Of a DNA stretch of 64,000 nt, positions 11,201 to 20,014 are shown one piece after another. The first letter of the stretch is position 1, and each line of letters begins with the position of its first letter. A model generated the notes under the pieces. The model did no database searches. It was not told the origin of the DNA and saw nothing but the letters and a program-made list of their open reading frames with translations. Source of the stretch: a virus; IMG/VR virus record IMGVR_UViG_3300025881_000010, positions 18,527 through 82,526 of that record. One strand, 5' to 3'. The position numbers were made by a program, and so were the translations under genes.

Positions 11201-12843
11201 ACTATTTTTAAGTTTGGAAATACCGCTGGAAAATAATTTTGTTCTTGTTCAGCGACAAGCCAAGCAATAACTCTAGATAATACATTAGTATATTCTTCAA
11301 CTGATAAATTTGGAAAAGGGTATGTAATATCATTACCGGTAAGTTTATTTCTTAACGTTAAAGTAAACGGCCCGAAAGAAGAAATGTTATCATATTTCTT
11401 TTGACGAATTCTAATAAGTGGATTAGTATTCTTAGGATCTATAAATCTATAATTCCATGGTTCCGGATTCATGATAGACTCAAAAGTATTTCCTTGAGCA
11501 TCCCAGGCATGTAATGGTAATAGATATTCTAAATCTCCAATACTTGTAGGTATAGGAGAGTTTCTTAGTCCAGCTGGAATTAATTTATTTTTTTTAGAAG
11601 TGTAATCATTACAATATTTAAAAGTGTTCTTGAATTCAAGAATGTCTTGAATAGTTATGTTATCTGAGAATTGAGGTTCATTTCCTAAATGCTTAAATTC
11701 TACAACACTTCTTACTGGCTCCAGTCCTAAATTTTTAATACCTGTAGGAACACCTAAAGCCTCAAATTCTAATGCTATGCATTCAATTTGAGCTGAAGGT
11801 TCAGGATTAATAATATTGCATTTTATAGTAACTACTTTATCTGTAGTTTCATCAACATTTCCACCTCTATATTTTATAGCATCTTCTTCTGGAAGTATTG
11901 TGGCAAAATCTGAAAAAGGAGAGAATTCAGATACTTGTCCATTTTTAGAGATTATTCTATACAAGTACAAAGCTTTCATAGCTTTAAGTTGACCACCACT
12001 ACTTATGTCTGAAACTATAGGCTGTAATAATACGTTGTCAAGAATTTGATTAAACTCTTTAGCGCTTCTACTAAATAATGAAAGATCTTTAAGGTTTACT
12101 ACTCTTCTTGGATTTACAGCATCACTATAATAAACTCGTTTATAAAATTCATTTTCTTCAACTCCCTCACAAGTAATCTTTCCATTTAGCGGCCAGTTTT
12201 GTGCTCCAGTCCAAATTCTAGTTCCAGTAAGATTTCCTTGACTATCTTTTTTGAAACTAATGATTGTATCATAATATTCTAAATTACTGATAGGAACTTC
12301 CCCAATGTTTATTGAGCACAGTTCAAAGTTGGCAACATTAAATCTTTCTTTATAATATTCTCCAAAATCTAAACTTACAGTTTCAGTATCAACTTCAGTA
12401 TAGTTTACTTGAAAATCAGTAGGATCTTCTACCGGTTTGGTAATAGTATAGCAGCTTATAGATTGTTCGCTATTTTCAGATATCTTATTTCCTATAAATA
12501 ATTTTTCTTGAGCTGCAGCACTATCAATTACTGTAAATGATTCAGCTATGATAACATCTTTACAAACTTGTTGTTCTGTAGTTTGTCCACTACCTGTAGG
12601 TTTTAAACATTTAGCAAAAATAATAGCCTCATCTCTAAAGGAATATACTCCTAACCATTTTACTATATCATCATTTTGATAGACAAGCTTGCTACCCTTA
12701 ATCGCACTAAACGAAAAAACTCCATCTCTTGAATAAATACGTCCATTCAAAGGATTAGAGTAGGTGTTTTTCTTTTCTATATTGTTGGTCAACTCTTTTG
12801 AGTAGCCGCCATCGAAAGTATTTTCGCGTGGAAAGTTTAACAT
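8233..12843 (-). CDS. Tail stabilisation/muzzle protein (P22 gp10-like; crAss Tstab)
   Basis: 1536 aa, beta-rich. The N-terminal NTFDGG motif and C-terminal ISDYG...GFVFFD and KIREG motifs are typical of crAss-like stabilisation proteins. Confidence 0.75.
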   Translation of the reverse strand: MLNFPRENTFDGGYSKELTNNIEKKNTYSNPLNGRIYSRDGVFSFSAIKGSKLVYQNDDIVKWLGVYSFRDEAIIFAKCLKPTGSGQTTEQQVCKDVIIAESFTVIDSAAAQEKLFIGNKISENSEQSISCYTITKPVEDPTDFQVNYTEVDTETVSLDFGEYYKERFNVANFELCSINIGEVPISNLEYYDTIISFKKDSQGNLTGTRIWTGAQNWPLNGKITCEGVEENEFYKRVYYSDAVNPRRVVNLKDLSLFSRSAKEFNQILDNVLLQPIVSDISSGGQLKAMKALYLYRIISKNGQVSEFSPFSDFATILPEEDAIKYRGGNVDETTDKVVTIKCNIINPEPSAQIECIALEFEALGVPTGIKNLGLEPVRSVVEFKHLGNEPQFSDNITIQDILEFKNTFKYCNDYTSKKNKLIPAGLRNSPIPTSIGDLEYLLPLHAWDAQGNTFESIMNPEPWNYRFIDPKNTNPLIRIRQKKYDNISSFGPFTLTLRNKLTGNDITYPFPNLSVEEYTNVLSRVIAWLVAEQEQNYFPAVFPNLKIVDNNGQLLFTYLDENIATDFSNYVFESNNDQFIETFQNDIKFLDPGVNQSNFIHGAESIGFNQGNGIRVTYREFKEPLLNQAQSKYDGNGPILDYIKPSGEKYNMKGEIYRLSFQSYDTASSRYFAIPIGDLMIPEINDLISYIDDQGNPVITSKKYVNQSVENGILYGHGIKMHFEVRLSCEIQNLISMYQILYVERTENDRTILCQGIAAPLNRMQHNNDSIHYDVPVPLKNKWNLPYYGGPVYEKRGLQQYDANGENFNYEGDGSSERIITHRGLMYFDSPDLYFNKISDQHIKTSKLSVVSKLNTDHSPKTIMEHGGFNGFSPEIYPKFSRKILENEVAGDNHTDELPRRAREDRESGTHETYFINVSVFAKNTEYAKKEFSIEAAETLNRGEIISGAAFGINHDVSNNAVVLPCMPWFFSDYQRRWDLQGGRPRADLFNHVIPSPGYPTTIIKTEEDLFTDEFIGGDIYKIDSEIRLGGPINNHIVYETYPLINIFRNNREAVYGGRTEQAYSNNKYIPLSKTIPVSKNSGAQFFDCGADTYVTLNIRTKNDSGENEIEEIEFDNAGGGRAKGEIKTWLREGAWAYVNVLETQVEPKQTYGYEFYKDSGSHNFQINRTEMINPAYFNSKSLKQFIPKPFQYKDDPNLGNVIAVSNVKIAGEIYDAWTMFKPNNFYAELEKNKGDVSNIFRHKEEIYAIQEGQTSLIYIGTDRILTDQSGQPINIKQGSGQVVDGHRIISDYGTSIRRAVAESDYGFVFFDEKNVEFIKLDKPMLAMKLLHMDYFEMFKKDPIIDTEAYYDHEMKESNIRIRTKSGKSILLSLNEMLNVFNGEYEYNNDLYINFDKKIYSPVNGSPNKLHELNEGDYLNLFGEQKELKIGFYVNAQLDKVFIHKGISIITSLDYPIKQVIYRSSLKQYRIVPGTHGWYKIREGNHTIPAKNESEIPEEYADLRGNWVYVEVTAESLNKNKVDILAIINHLRFSHQ

Positions 12844-12855
12844 AATTAAGGGGCT

Positions 12856-13374
12856 TTAAAATATCTTTAATCCAATTCCGGCTCTAAGATTGAACTTATT
12901 AAGTTCGGATTGTCCTACTGTAAAAATATAAACTTTTTTAATGTCATAAGTCAATCTACCTCGAAGTCTAAAATCATTTATCTTGGAAACATCAGTATCA
13001 GCTTCAACCTTAAATGTAAGTCTTGAAAATAGGTTTGAAGCTATTTTTATTTCTTCTTTAGAAATATCATCTATCTCTTGATTACTGTCTTTTATAAAAG
13101 AAGTAAGCTCATTAATGCGATTAGAGAGAACTTTAGAAGTTTTAGCTAGTTGTTGTATAGTATTTTCTTTGACAGCTATCACGCTATCCTGATAGGCTAC
13201 AACGACTAATAATCGTTCATATTCATCAGCCATTATTGAATAATCAATATAAGCTTCTGGTGCTACCTCAACTTTATTTGTTCTTTTGTTGTAGGAATCT
13301 TTGTCTTGCCCTTGGCAAACGATTAAGGGCAGTATCAAGACTGCGATTAACATAAATGATTTTTTCGTAAACAT
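12856..13374 (-). CDS. Putative outer-membrane spanin component (signal peptide, coiled coil, C-terminal beta-strands ending GIGLKIF)
   Basis: Hydrophobic signal ending CQG-Q; overlaps the upstream TM/coiled-coil gene by 101 nt. Confidence 0.55.
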   Translation of the reverse strand: MFTKKSFMLIAVLILPLIVCQGQDKDSYNKRTNKVEVAPEAYIDYSIMADEYERLLVVVAYQDSVIAVKENTIQQLAKTSKVLSNRINELTSFIKDSNQEIDDISKEEIKIASNLFSRLTFKVEADTDVSKINDFRLRGRLTYDIKKVYIFTVGQSELNKFNLRAGIGLKIF

Positions 13375-13624
13375 AGGGGCTGTATTTGATTTTAGAATTT
13401 TCTTCGAGTATAGAATCTATTTTTTTATTATAATCTTCAGTTACATCTTCTAACTCTTTAATGTAGTTGTCTCGTTCTACTTTTTTAAGCTCTTTTTTTT
13501 CTTTCAGAAAATCAAGCTTTTGTTCTGTGCTATCATCAAGATTTATTTTAATGATCACTCCCATTATAATAACAGCAATGATCAAAATTATAATTAGATA
13601 ATATTTCCAGTTAAGTCTAAACAT
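13274..13624 (-). CDS. Putative inner-membrane spanin
   Basis: Single N-terminal TM helix followed by a charged coiled coil; in the lysis cassette. Confidence 0.6.
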   Translation of the reverse strand: MFRLNWKYYLIIILIIAVIIMGVIIKINLDDSTEQKLDFLKEKKELKKVERDNYIKELEDVTEDYNKKIDSILEENSKIKYSPYVYEKIIYVNRSLDTALNRLPRARQRFLQQKNK

Positions 13625-14612
13625 CTGTTGAAAGTGTTACACTATCATTGGCTGAAACTAAAGAGAGATCTTCATTAATACTATTTAAGAGAATAGTTGT
13701 AGAACCTATTTCATTAGCATCATCTTTAATAACTTCATGAGTTACTTTAATATAAGCACTTCCGTTATCATCTAAGTTTGCTACTAAATTAAAAATTTCA
13801 TCTGCTGATTTGATATCTTCGATTCCATTAACTTCCACATAAATATAACTTTGAGTACTTACTAAAATGGTATCTAAGAAGTCGGCATTGATAGTAACTT
13901 CAATTTCTGCAGTTCCATTTTGATAACCTTTAGTGATCATTACTTCGTAAACTTCTCTAATCACATCGTAGTTTACAATTCCTCCAGCACCATCATCAAA
14001 TTCTTCATTAGTAGTTGAGGTCTTAGTATCGATTAAATTTATCTCTGCAGAACTCATAACATTTACAGTGTAATTGTAAATAGTTGCTTCTAAAGTTTTA
14101 CCTCTTCCAACTTTATAACTTAGATTAAAATAAGGTTCACCACCACCAAATTCATTTACATTAAATGTTGCAGATAATAAATCTGAAGTTTCAATTCTGT
14201 TTCCAGGAATCAACTTAATATTATTTAGCTTTAAATTTTTAACTCCATCAATAGCTGTTATCTCAATAAATTCTACTCCAGAATTAAGCGGCAGCACTTC
14301 TAATAAAATCTTTTCATCTAAACTATTTAAAGTCTCTTCAAAATCTGCAGATGCCGGAATAACATCTGCATTTTTGAAAACTATATTTCCTACAGCTTCA
14401 TTGCTGTCAAGATTTAAATTAGAATCATGAGTTTTATACATAAAGCTTTCACTTACGTAAAAATCATCAAGTGCATCTATTCTTTTAAAATTCAATGTGC
14501 TTTCATCCTCGATAGGATAAAGCACATTTTGTTGAACAGGTATTAATCCTAATAAAGAAATGATCTTGTTCTCGTCAGGTAATTTGGTTATTTTAAAGTG
14601 AGTCGTTGCCAT
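13617..14612 (-). CDS. Hypothetical beta-rich (Ig-like) structural protein (331 aa)
   Basis: Acidic, beta-strand-rich composition; full-length ORF. Confidence 0.45.
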   Translation of the reverse strand: MATTHFKITKLPDENKIISLLGLIPVQQNVLYPIEDESTLNFKRIDALDDFYVSESFMYKTHDSNLNLDSNEAVGNIVFKNADVIPASADFEETLNSLDEKILLEVLPLNSGVEFIEITAIDGVKNLKLNNIKLIPGNRIETSDLLSATFNVNEFGGGEPYFNLSYKVGRGKTLEATIYNYTVNVMSSAEINLIDTKTSTTNEEFDDGAGGIVNYDVIREVYEVMITKGYQNGTAEIEVTINADFLDTILVSTQSYIYVEVNGIEDIKSADEIFNLVANLDDNGSAYIKVTHEVIKDDANEIGSTTILLNSINEDLSLVSANDSVTLSTDV

Positions 14613-14684
14613 AATTTATTATTATCAATATCAGTAAAAGAATAGATGCTATTGTCAAAACTATTAAAGTTTTGATATGCCTTT

Positions 14685-15230
14685 TCATCTATTATGAGGC
14701 AAAGTCTGAATAGAATTAGTTGCTCCATAAATGATGTTGTATTCTGGAATAGCATCAAAACTAGGACATTCTTTAATTCTTTCGTTAGACTGAATAACAT
14801 TATCGTGATTTCTATCAGTAGAAAAATCTCTATGACCTAATACCATAAGATCTTTCTTAATATCCTTGCCATTATCTCTGAGCCAGTAAACAGCTTCAGA
14901 TATGCATTTATGAATACCTACTTTTTGTAAATCAGTTCTGGTATCTTCAGCAATATAAATTCCTGATTTTGATTTCTCATAATTGATACCACCAACATAA
15001 GAGATATGAATACATTGAGAGTTGAATCCACCAACTCCATTTGTTACTCTATTAAAATCATATAGCTCGGCAATCTGACCACCTCTTTCTACAATACGAT
15101 GATAACCTCCAGTATGCCATCCTCGGCCACCTTTAGTTTTAGGTCTTAAAAAATAATCTTCAACTGCAAGTGCAGATTTAAAACCTGCAGTACAGTGAAT
15201 AACAATGTACTTAATCTGGGGGGCTCTCAT
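14685..15230 (-). CDS. Endolysin, N-acetylmuramoyl-L-alanine amidase (Amidase_2 / T7 lysozyme family)
   Basis: IVIHCTA, GW..GYH, GHRD and KECPSFD zinc-ligand motifs. Confidence 0.92.
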   Translation of the reverse strand: MRAPQIKYIVIHCTAGFKSALAVEDYFLRPKTKGGRGWHTGGYHRIVERGGQIAELYDFNRVTNGVGGFNSQCIHISYVGGINYEKSKSGIYIAEDTRTDLQKVGIHKCISEAVYWLRDNGKDIKKDLMVLGHRDFSTDRNHDNVIQSNERIKECPSFDAIPEYNIIYGATNSIQTLPHNR

Positions 15231-15882
15231 TTTCGTAGTCTTTTAAATGTTCATATGATTTGTTCTTTTTTTCAAAGATATCTTTACCTTCAAAAAATTT
15301 TAAGATTTTTAATTCAAATATTGCTTCAACAATAGTAAAGATAGAAGCTTTTTTGTCATAGATCACAGTGGAGTTCTCTCCAATGCTTTTAAACTCATAG
15401 TACCAAAATATAGCTACAGGAGCTTTACATAAAGCTTCTGTTGTAAAATCAAAAAAAGTTCCATTGTCTTCTAATAGTTTTGTAACAAAATATAGATATC
15501 CAAGAAGCGACATACATTTAAAAAAAACGAACTGAAGTCTTTTTGCACTAAAAGCGTTTCTCTGCATTTTAGCAATAAATAGATCTACTTGTTTTTCTTC
15601 AATCTCGGTATCTAAAGCTCTTTGTTCATAGTAACGAAATAAAACTTTACTTTTTCTTACTCCGTAATAAGTATTAAAAAATACTGTCAAAAAAACTAAG
15701 GAAAGAACCATATTGGTAGTTCCAAAGTATTCTTGTTTCATAAAAATCTCTATGAATTCTCCACTTAAAGTAACTCCTATTGCGGCAAATGTGGTTTTAT
15801 ATCCATTGGCGTAGGCTAAAGCACCAATTTTTTTTAACCACTGCGTAAGTAGTAGAATTCTTATACTGTCTGCATTCAACAT
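15211..15882 (-). CDS. Putative holin
   Basis: Several TM segments, EFKSIGEN motif (holin_4-like); overlaps the endolysin start. Confidence 0.6.
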   Translation of the reverse strand: MLNADSIRILLLTQWLKKIGALAYANGYKTTFAAIGVTLSGEFIEIFMKQEYFGTTNMVLSLVFLTVFFNTYYGVRKSKVLFRYYEQRALDTEIEEKQVDLFIAKMQRNAFSAKRLQFVFFKCMSLLGYLYFVTKLLEDNGTFFDFTTEALCKAPVAIFWYYEFKSIGENSTVIYDKKASIFTIVEAIFELKILKFFEGKDIFEKKNKSYEHLKDYENESPPD

Positions 15883-15954
15883 ATTGGGGGCTGTTGGGGG
15901 GTTCGTATCTTATTGTTTTTTAATATAATGCTAATAATGAAAGCAGTACAGTAC

Positions 15955-16572
15955 TTATTTTAAAATGAACCATAAAAATGTGAATAAGATTAATAATAAA
16001 GGCCAGATAGGAGTCAGCATACATTTGAAACGATCTCCACCACTTCCAATTTGAAAAGTAAACCAAGAGTTAGCGTAAGAAATTCTACCGCATACAATAC
16101 CTTTAGTTTCATAATAGATTACTCTCCATCCATAAAGCTTATCTCCACTATTGGACCATTTCATTTTATCAGCATATTCATCTATATTATTAGGATCATT
16201 TAGATGTGCTGGATATAAAACATTGACTTTACTTTTATCTGAAGTTCCGGGTTGAGGATAAGAATTAAGATAGTTATCACATGGATTTCTTAACCACCAA
16301 CGAATAGCACTCCAAGTACCAGGTTTTAATTTATATTTTATAAGCCACCATTCAGCGCCATAATCTCCATCTGGACCATCATTTAAAAACGGTGAATGAT
16401 CATTTTTACCCATATGGTGCTTACGATAAAAATCTATAAACACCATCAATGTAAGTACTCCAAAAAAGCTATAGGAGAACCACGCTAGTAGCACTCCTAT
16501 ATATTTTTTCCAATACTGTAATTTAATATCCACCATGTCCTGAAAAGAATATTGAAAGGGCAATGTAAACAC
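15955..16572 (-). CDS. Hypothetical membrane protein (205 aa)
   Basis: N- and C-terminal TM helices; WWLRNP motif. Confidence 0.55.
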   Translation of the reverse strand: MFTLPFQYSFQDMVDIKLQYWKKYIGVLLAWFSYSFFGVLTLMVFIDFYRKHHMGKNDHSPFLNDGPDGDYGAEWWLIKYKLKPGTWSAIRWWLRNPCDNYLNSYPQPGTSDKSKVNVLYPAHLNDPNNIDEYADKMKWSNSGDKLYGWRVIYYETKGIVCGRISYANSWFTFQIGSGGDRFKCMLTPIWPLLLILFTFLWFILK

Positions 16573-17029
16573 CTATTCCTGTTATTATAAAAGGCAATAA
16601 TCCAAGAACAACATTTACGTTTTTCTTTCCATTAAATTTAGCATCATGCCATATTTTCAATTTTTTGTATTCTTCTTGATATCTAAAACCTTCAGGATAG
16701 GATTTATCTTTAATACCAATACCCGGTAATTTATTAAGCATCTGCCATTTTTGTTCTTTACTTCTAAGTTCTGCGTAGGTAATTGGATTTTTTCCAAAAT
16801 ATCCAATTCCAAACCAAGGAAAACCATAGTAAACAGGTATTGAAAATATAGCCCATATTAATAATAAAAGAAATCCATTTTCAGTATAAAGACTAAGACA
16901 TATACTAATGAACATTGCTATTAAACATGGAATTACAGCTCGTAAGTATTTACCTGTTGGACCTATGTTCTTTCCTAGAACTCTGGTTTCATAGCTTAGT
17001 GCAAAATATTTAATAAGGGAATTTCTCAT
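16523..17029 (-). CDS. Hypothetical membrane protein (168 aa)
   Basis: Three predicted TM helices. Confidence 0.55.
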   Translation of the reverse strand: MRNSLIKYFALSYETRVLGKNIGPTGKYLRAVIPCLIAMFISICLSLYTENGFLLLLIWAIFSIPVYYGFPWFGIGYFGKNPITYAELRSKEQKWQMLNKLPGIGIKDKSYPEGFRYQEEYKKLKIWHDAKFNGKKNVNVVLGLLPFIITGIGVYIALSIFFSGHGGY

Positions 17030-17499
17030 TTTTCAATTTTTGAAGTTAAGGTTCTTAATGTGTAGTTGGAACGGTTTTGTTTATAAAAAATAATTTCAGT
17101 ATCAGGACTGACTTTAAAATTTGATAATACAGAAGGTCTTTTTTCATTATCAATTTTACCTCCAGTAAGTAAATATATTTCTTGCCATATAGCTACTTGC
17201 TTAGTATAAGGAAAGCTATTTAATCGGCTATTGAGATAAATAGTTCCATCTTCAAAAGAACTAACAAATTCTCGATCTTTATTTATTATCTGAATATTAG
17301 AAATCTTTCTAAGTATCGGTTCATAATTAAAGTTGCTTTCTTCCATGTTTGCTATAAATCTTTTTACAGCAATTTCACTAATACTATCAGGAGTATTGAT
17401 CTGGTGTTGGATTTCTCCAGTAATTTTAACCATACCTTCAATTTGAGAGAATGAAGTAGCATAGATTAAAAAAAAGAAGAAAAAAAGTGGGAGCTTCAT
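17026..17499 (-). CDS. Hypothetical secreted protein (157 aa)
   Basis: Signal peptide ending SFS-Q (Bacteroidetes Q-rule). Confidence 0.55.
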   Translation of the reverse strand: MKLPLFFFFFLIYATSFSQIEGMVKITGEIQHQINTPDSISEIAVKRFIANMEESNFNYEPILRKISNIQIINKDREFVSSFEDGTIYLNSRLNSFPYTKQVAIWQEIYLLTGGKIDNEKRPSVLSNFKVSPDTEIIFYKQNRSNYTLRTLTSKIEK

Positions 17500-17563
17500 T
17501 TTTTCTAGGTTTTAAGTTAATTTTAAGATAAAGATAATAGAAAGAATTAAACCAACAATTATA

Positions 17564-18061
17564 CTATGTTGAAGCTTTTAAAATTGCAGAATTCAATTCT
17601 ATTATTTTTATAGCTTGATCAATTTCAACTTGCACCGATTTATTACAATGGTCTTTTTCTAAAAATTCCAATAATTTATATAATCTCATTCCAGATTTAG
17701 AAAGGTTATTTATTAAGTAATTCCATTGTATTACAGAGCTTATTCTTTGCCCAGCTATTCCAAAAGGAAACTGTTTTACCTCTTTAAGGAATAACCAATT
17801 AAAAACTCCTGAACCCGAAATGCATCCTAAAATATCGATACCAATAGCCACCATTTTTGCAAAGCTTCCATTGCTTAAAAGGATTTCTTTTGCTGAAAGT
17901 TTTCTACTCCATACGGTTATTAAGTAATGAGCAGCATTTGATAAGCACACAACCACAAAAACAAAGGCTGCTAAAAAAATTAAAAACACCCCTAATACAA
18001 ACCGCCACACATTGGTAGCAGCTTCTTTGATCCAGTTTAAAAGGGGGGATAGTTTTTTCAT
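17564..18061 (-). CDS. Hypothetical membrane protein (165 aa)
   Basis: N-terminal TM; FG..ISS...DHC.KS motif seen in small phage membrane proteins. Confidence 0.55.
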   Translation of the reverse strand: MKKLSPLLNWIKEAATNVWRFVLGVFLIFLAAFVFVVVCLSNAAHYLITVWSRKLSAKEILLSNGSFAKMVAIGIDILGCISGSGVFNWLFLKEVKQFPFGIAGQRISSVIQWNYLINNLSKSGMRLYKLLEFLEKDHCNKSVQVEIDQAIKIIELNSAILKAST

Positions 18062-18429
18062 TATTCAGTATCTATTTCCCAATCGCTTGGATTAGTTCCA
18101 TAATTATCTCCCGACTCTTGTTGTAGCTGAAGCATTACAAATTCTTCCAAACGCTGCGAGATGTTAGCGTATAGGTTTTGAGTATTATTAAGTGCTGGCA
18201 AATTGTTATTTTCTACCTGCTCTACAATTACCCATTGTTTTTGGGCATTACTTCCAAGATCATCAAGCTTTATAATTTGTCCATTTTCATCTATGTAGTA
18301 GTAATAACCCTTAGGAGTAATGTTATTCTTATCTAAAAAAATACCATCAATAATTAATCTAACTATTGCTGTTTTGACTGCTCTAGGAGCAGGTATTTGA
18401 AACTCTGTTTTTGTTCTTAGTTTTAGCAT
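18061..18429 (-). CDS. Hypothetical protein, possible tail-fibre chaperone (122 aa)
   Basis: Directly follows the fibre genes; translationally coupled. Confidence 0.4.
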   Translation of the reverse strand: MLKLRTKTEFQIPAPRAVKTAIVRLIIDGIFLDKNNITPKGYYYYIDENGQIIKLDDLGSNAQKQWVIVEQVENNNLPALNNTQNLYANISQRLEEFVMLQLQQESGDNYGTNPSDWEIDTE

Positions 18430-18435
18430 GATTTT

Positions 18436-20013
18436 TTATATTAAGGATTGTCCTGAATTTCCTTTAGCAAATATTTCTGAAACTTCTGCAGCAGTTAATT
18501 CTTTATTAAAAATTGGCATTTCATCTAATTGCCCGTTTAATTTAAAGTTAGCATCTGCCTGATAATTTCCTATCCATAATTCATTATTTGTATTTGCCAT
18601 TTTAACATAAGTACCGGTCATTATACTGGCAGAAGAAACTAAAGTTCCATTTATATATGTTTTCATACCTCCATTTCCTAATCCGTTATAAGTATGAACT
18701 ACATGAACCCAAGCACCAGAAATAATAGCGTTTGTAGTGATATTTTGAGTAATATTATCGTATGAACCGTTACTAAATAATCTCCAAGTTAAAACTCCAC
18801 CATTATAATAACCGAAATATTCATTATTGGAATAGCTTGAATTCAGCTTAGAGAAAATCATAAATTTAGTATCCGTAGTTTTTATCCAATATGAAATACT
18901 AAAAGGCTTATCGTTTGTGCCATCTATAAAACTCAAACTATCAGTATCGCCTAAATTTATAAAACTAGTTGAACCATTTAATACTGCTGCCTGTCCTACT
19001 AATCCGGCTGCATAAGTAATTGCTGTTGGCGTTCCATTATTCGCTCCGAAACTATCTAAAACATTCCCTTCCATTTTGTAGTAGGAAATAATACTACTTA
19101 CTGGATAAGGCTCACTAGCATTTGTTTTTTGCGATACTGTATTACTTGTAGATTTATTATAGTAAATATCTACTGGCTTCACTTCAAAAGTATAAGTGGT
19201 ATCAAGACTTAAACCTATACAATATCCACCTGATTGTATTTTTCCTTTATAAACTCCATTAGCATATACCTCATAAAACTCAATTGCATTTGTGCTTCCT
19301 GTGGGTGCGGTAAAATTAAGTTGAACGGCTGATCCGTAAACATTGCTTATACTTAGGTCTGTAATAGGATTTGGTAAAAGTTGATCGTAGGTATAAATAT
19401 CTCCAGTTACCCACTCGACTTCTAGCATATCGTTTGCAATTCCATGAGCTATTGTTGCATTTACACCCCCTGAATTACTTGTTTTATTAAAAATATTTGC
19501 ATAAATCTTTTGTTTTACATCGCCTAATCCAAACATTGTTGTATCTGCAACAGATGGGTCTCCGCCTATATTCGTTGCTAAAGGAAAGTATAAAATACGA
19601 GGTGCTAAATCAGTATAATTCGAATGATAAAATGAACTATTATTAATAGTTAAACAACCAGGGAAATAAAACATTGCTGTATTGTTACTAACATAAAATG
19701 ATGCCGGTAATAATTTACATTTTTTTGCTATATCTATCCAATAAGTTGGACTTGAAATTGTGTTTGCAGTATTTTTGAATGCATATGGTCTAAGGTTATA
19801 ATCCAAATCAATAAAGCATTCAATATTATCACCAACAATAGTAAAATTATAAATATTAGAGGGTGAAAAATCTGAACCGCTAGGATAATTTAAAAGTTTT
19901 GCAGCCAAGAGAGATGGTGTATTTATTATAGATGCAACCCCACCAATAAAAGTATTAGGCTGCAACGCCTGAATACTACTTTTCCCATATTCAAAATACT
20001 GTACTGGATTCAT
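18436..20013 (-). CDS. Tail fibre/receptor-binding protein with FN3 and LamG (concanavalin-like) domains
   Basis: FN3-like PNPITDL...YTFEVKPVD; LamG motifs FSISYWIK, WVHVVHTY, YING, GQLDE. Confidence 0.8.
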   Translation of the reverse strand: MNPVQYFEYGKSSIQALQPNTFIGGVASIINTPSLLAAKLLNYPSGSDFSPSNIYNFTIVGDNIECFIDLDYNLRPYAFKNTANTISSPTYWIDIAKKCKLLPASFYVSNNTAMFYFPGCLTINNSSFYHSNYTDLAPRILYFPLATNIGGDPSVADTTMFGLGDVKQKIYANIFNKTSNSGGVNATIAHGIANDMLEVEWVTGDIYTYDQLLPNPITDLSISNVYGSAVQLNFTAPTGSTNAIEFYEVYANGVYKGKIQSGGYCIGLSLDTTYTFEVKPVDIYYNKSTSNTVSQKTNASEPYPVSSIISYYKMEGNVLDSFGANNGTPTAITYAAGLVGQAAVLNGSTSFINLGDTDSLSFIDGTNDKPFSISYWIKTTDTKFMIFSKLNSSYSNNEYFGYYNGGVLTWRLFSNGSYDNITQNITTNAIISGAWVHVVHTYNGLGNGGMKTYINGTLVSSASIMTGTYVKMANTNNELWIGNYQADANFKLNGQLDEMPIFNKELTAAEVSEIFAKGNSGQSLI

Positions 20014-20014
20014 A

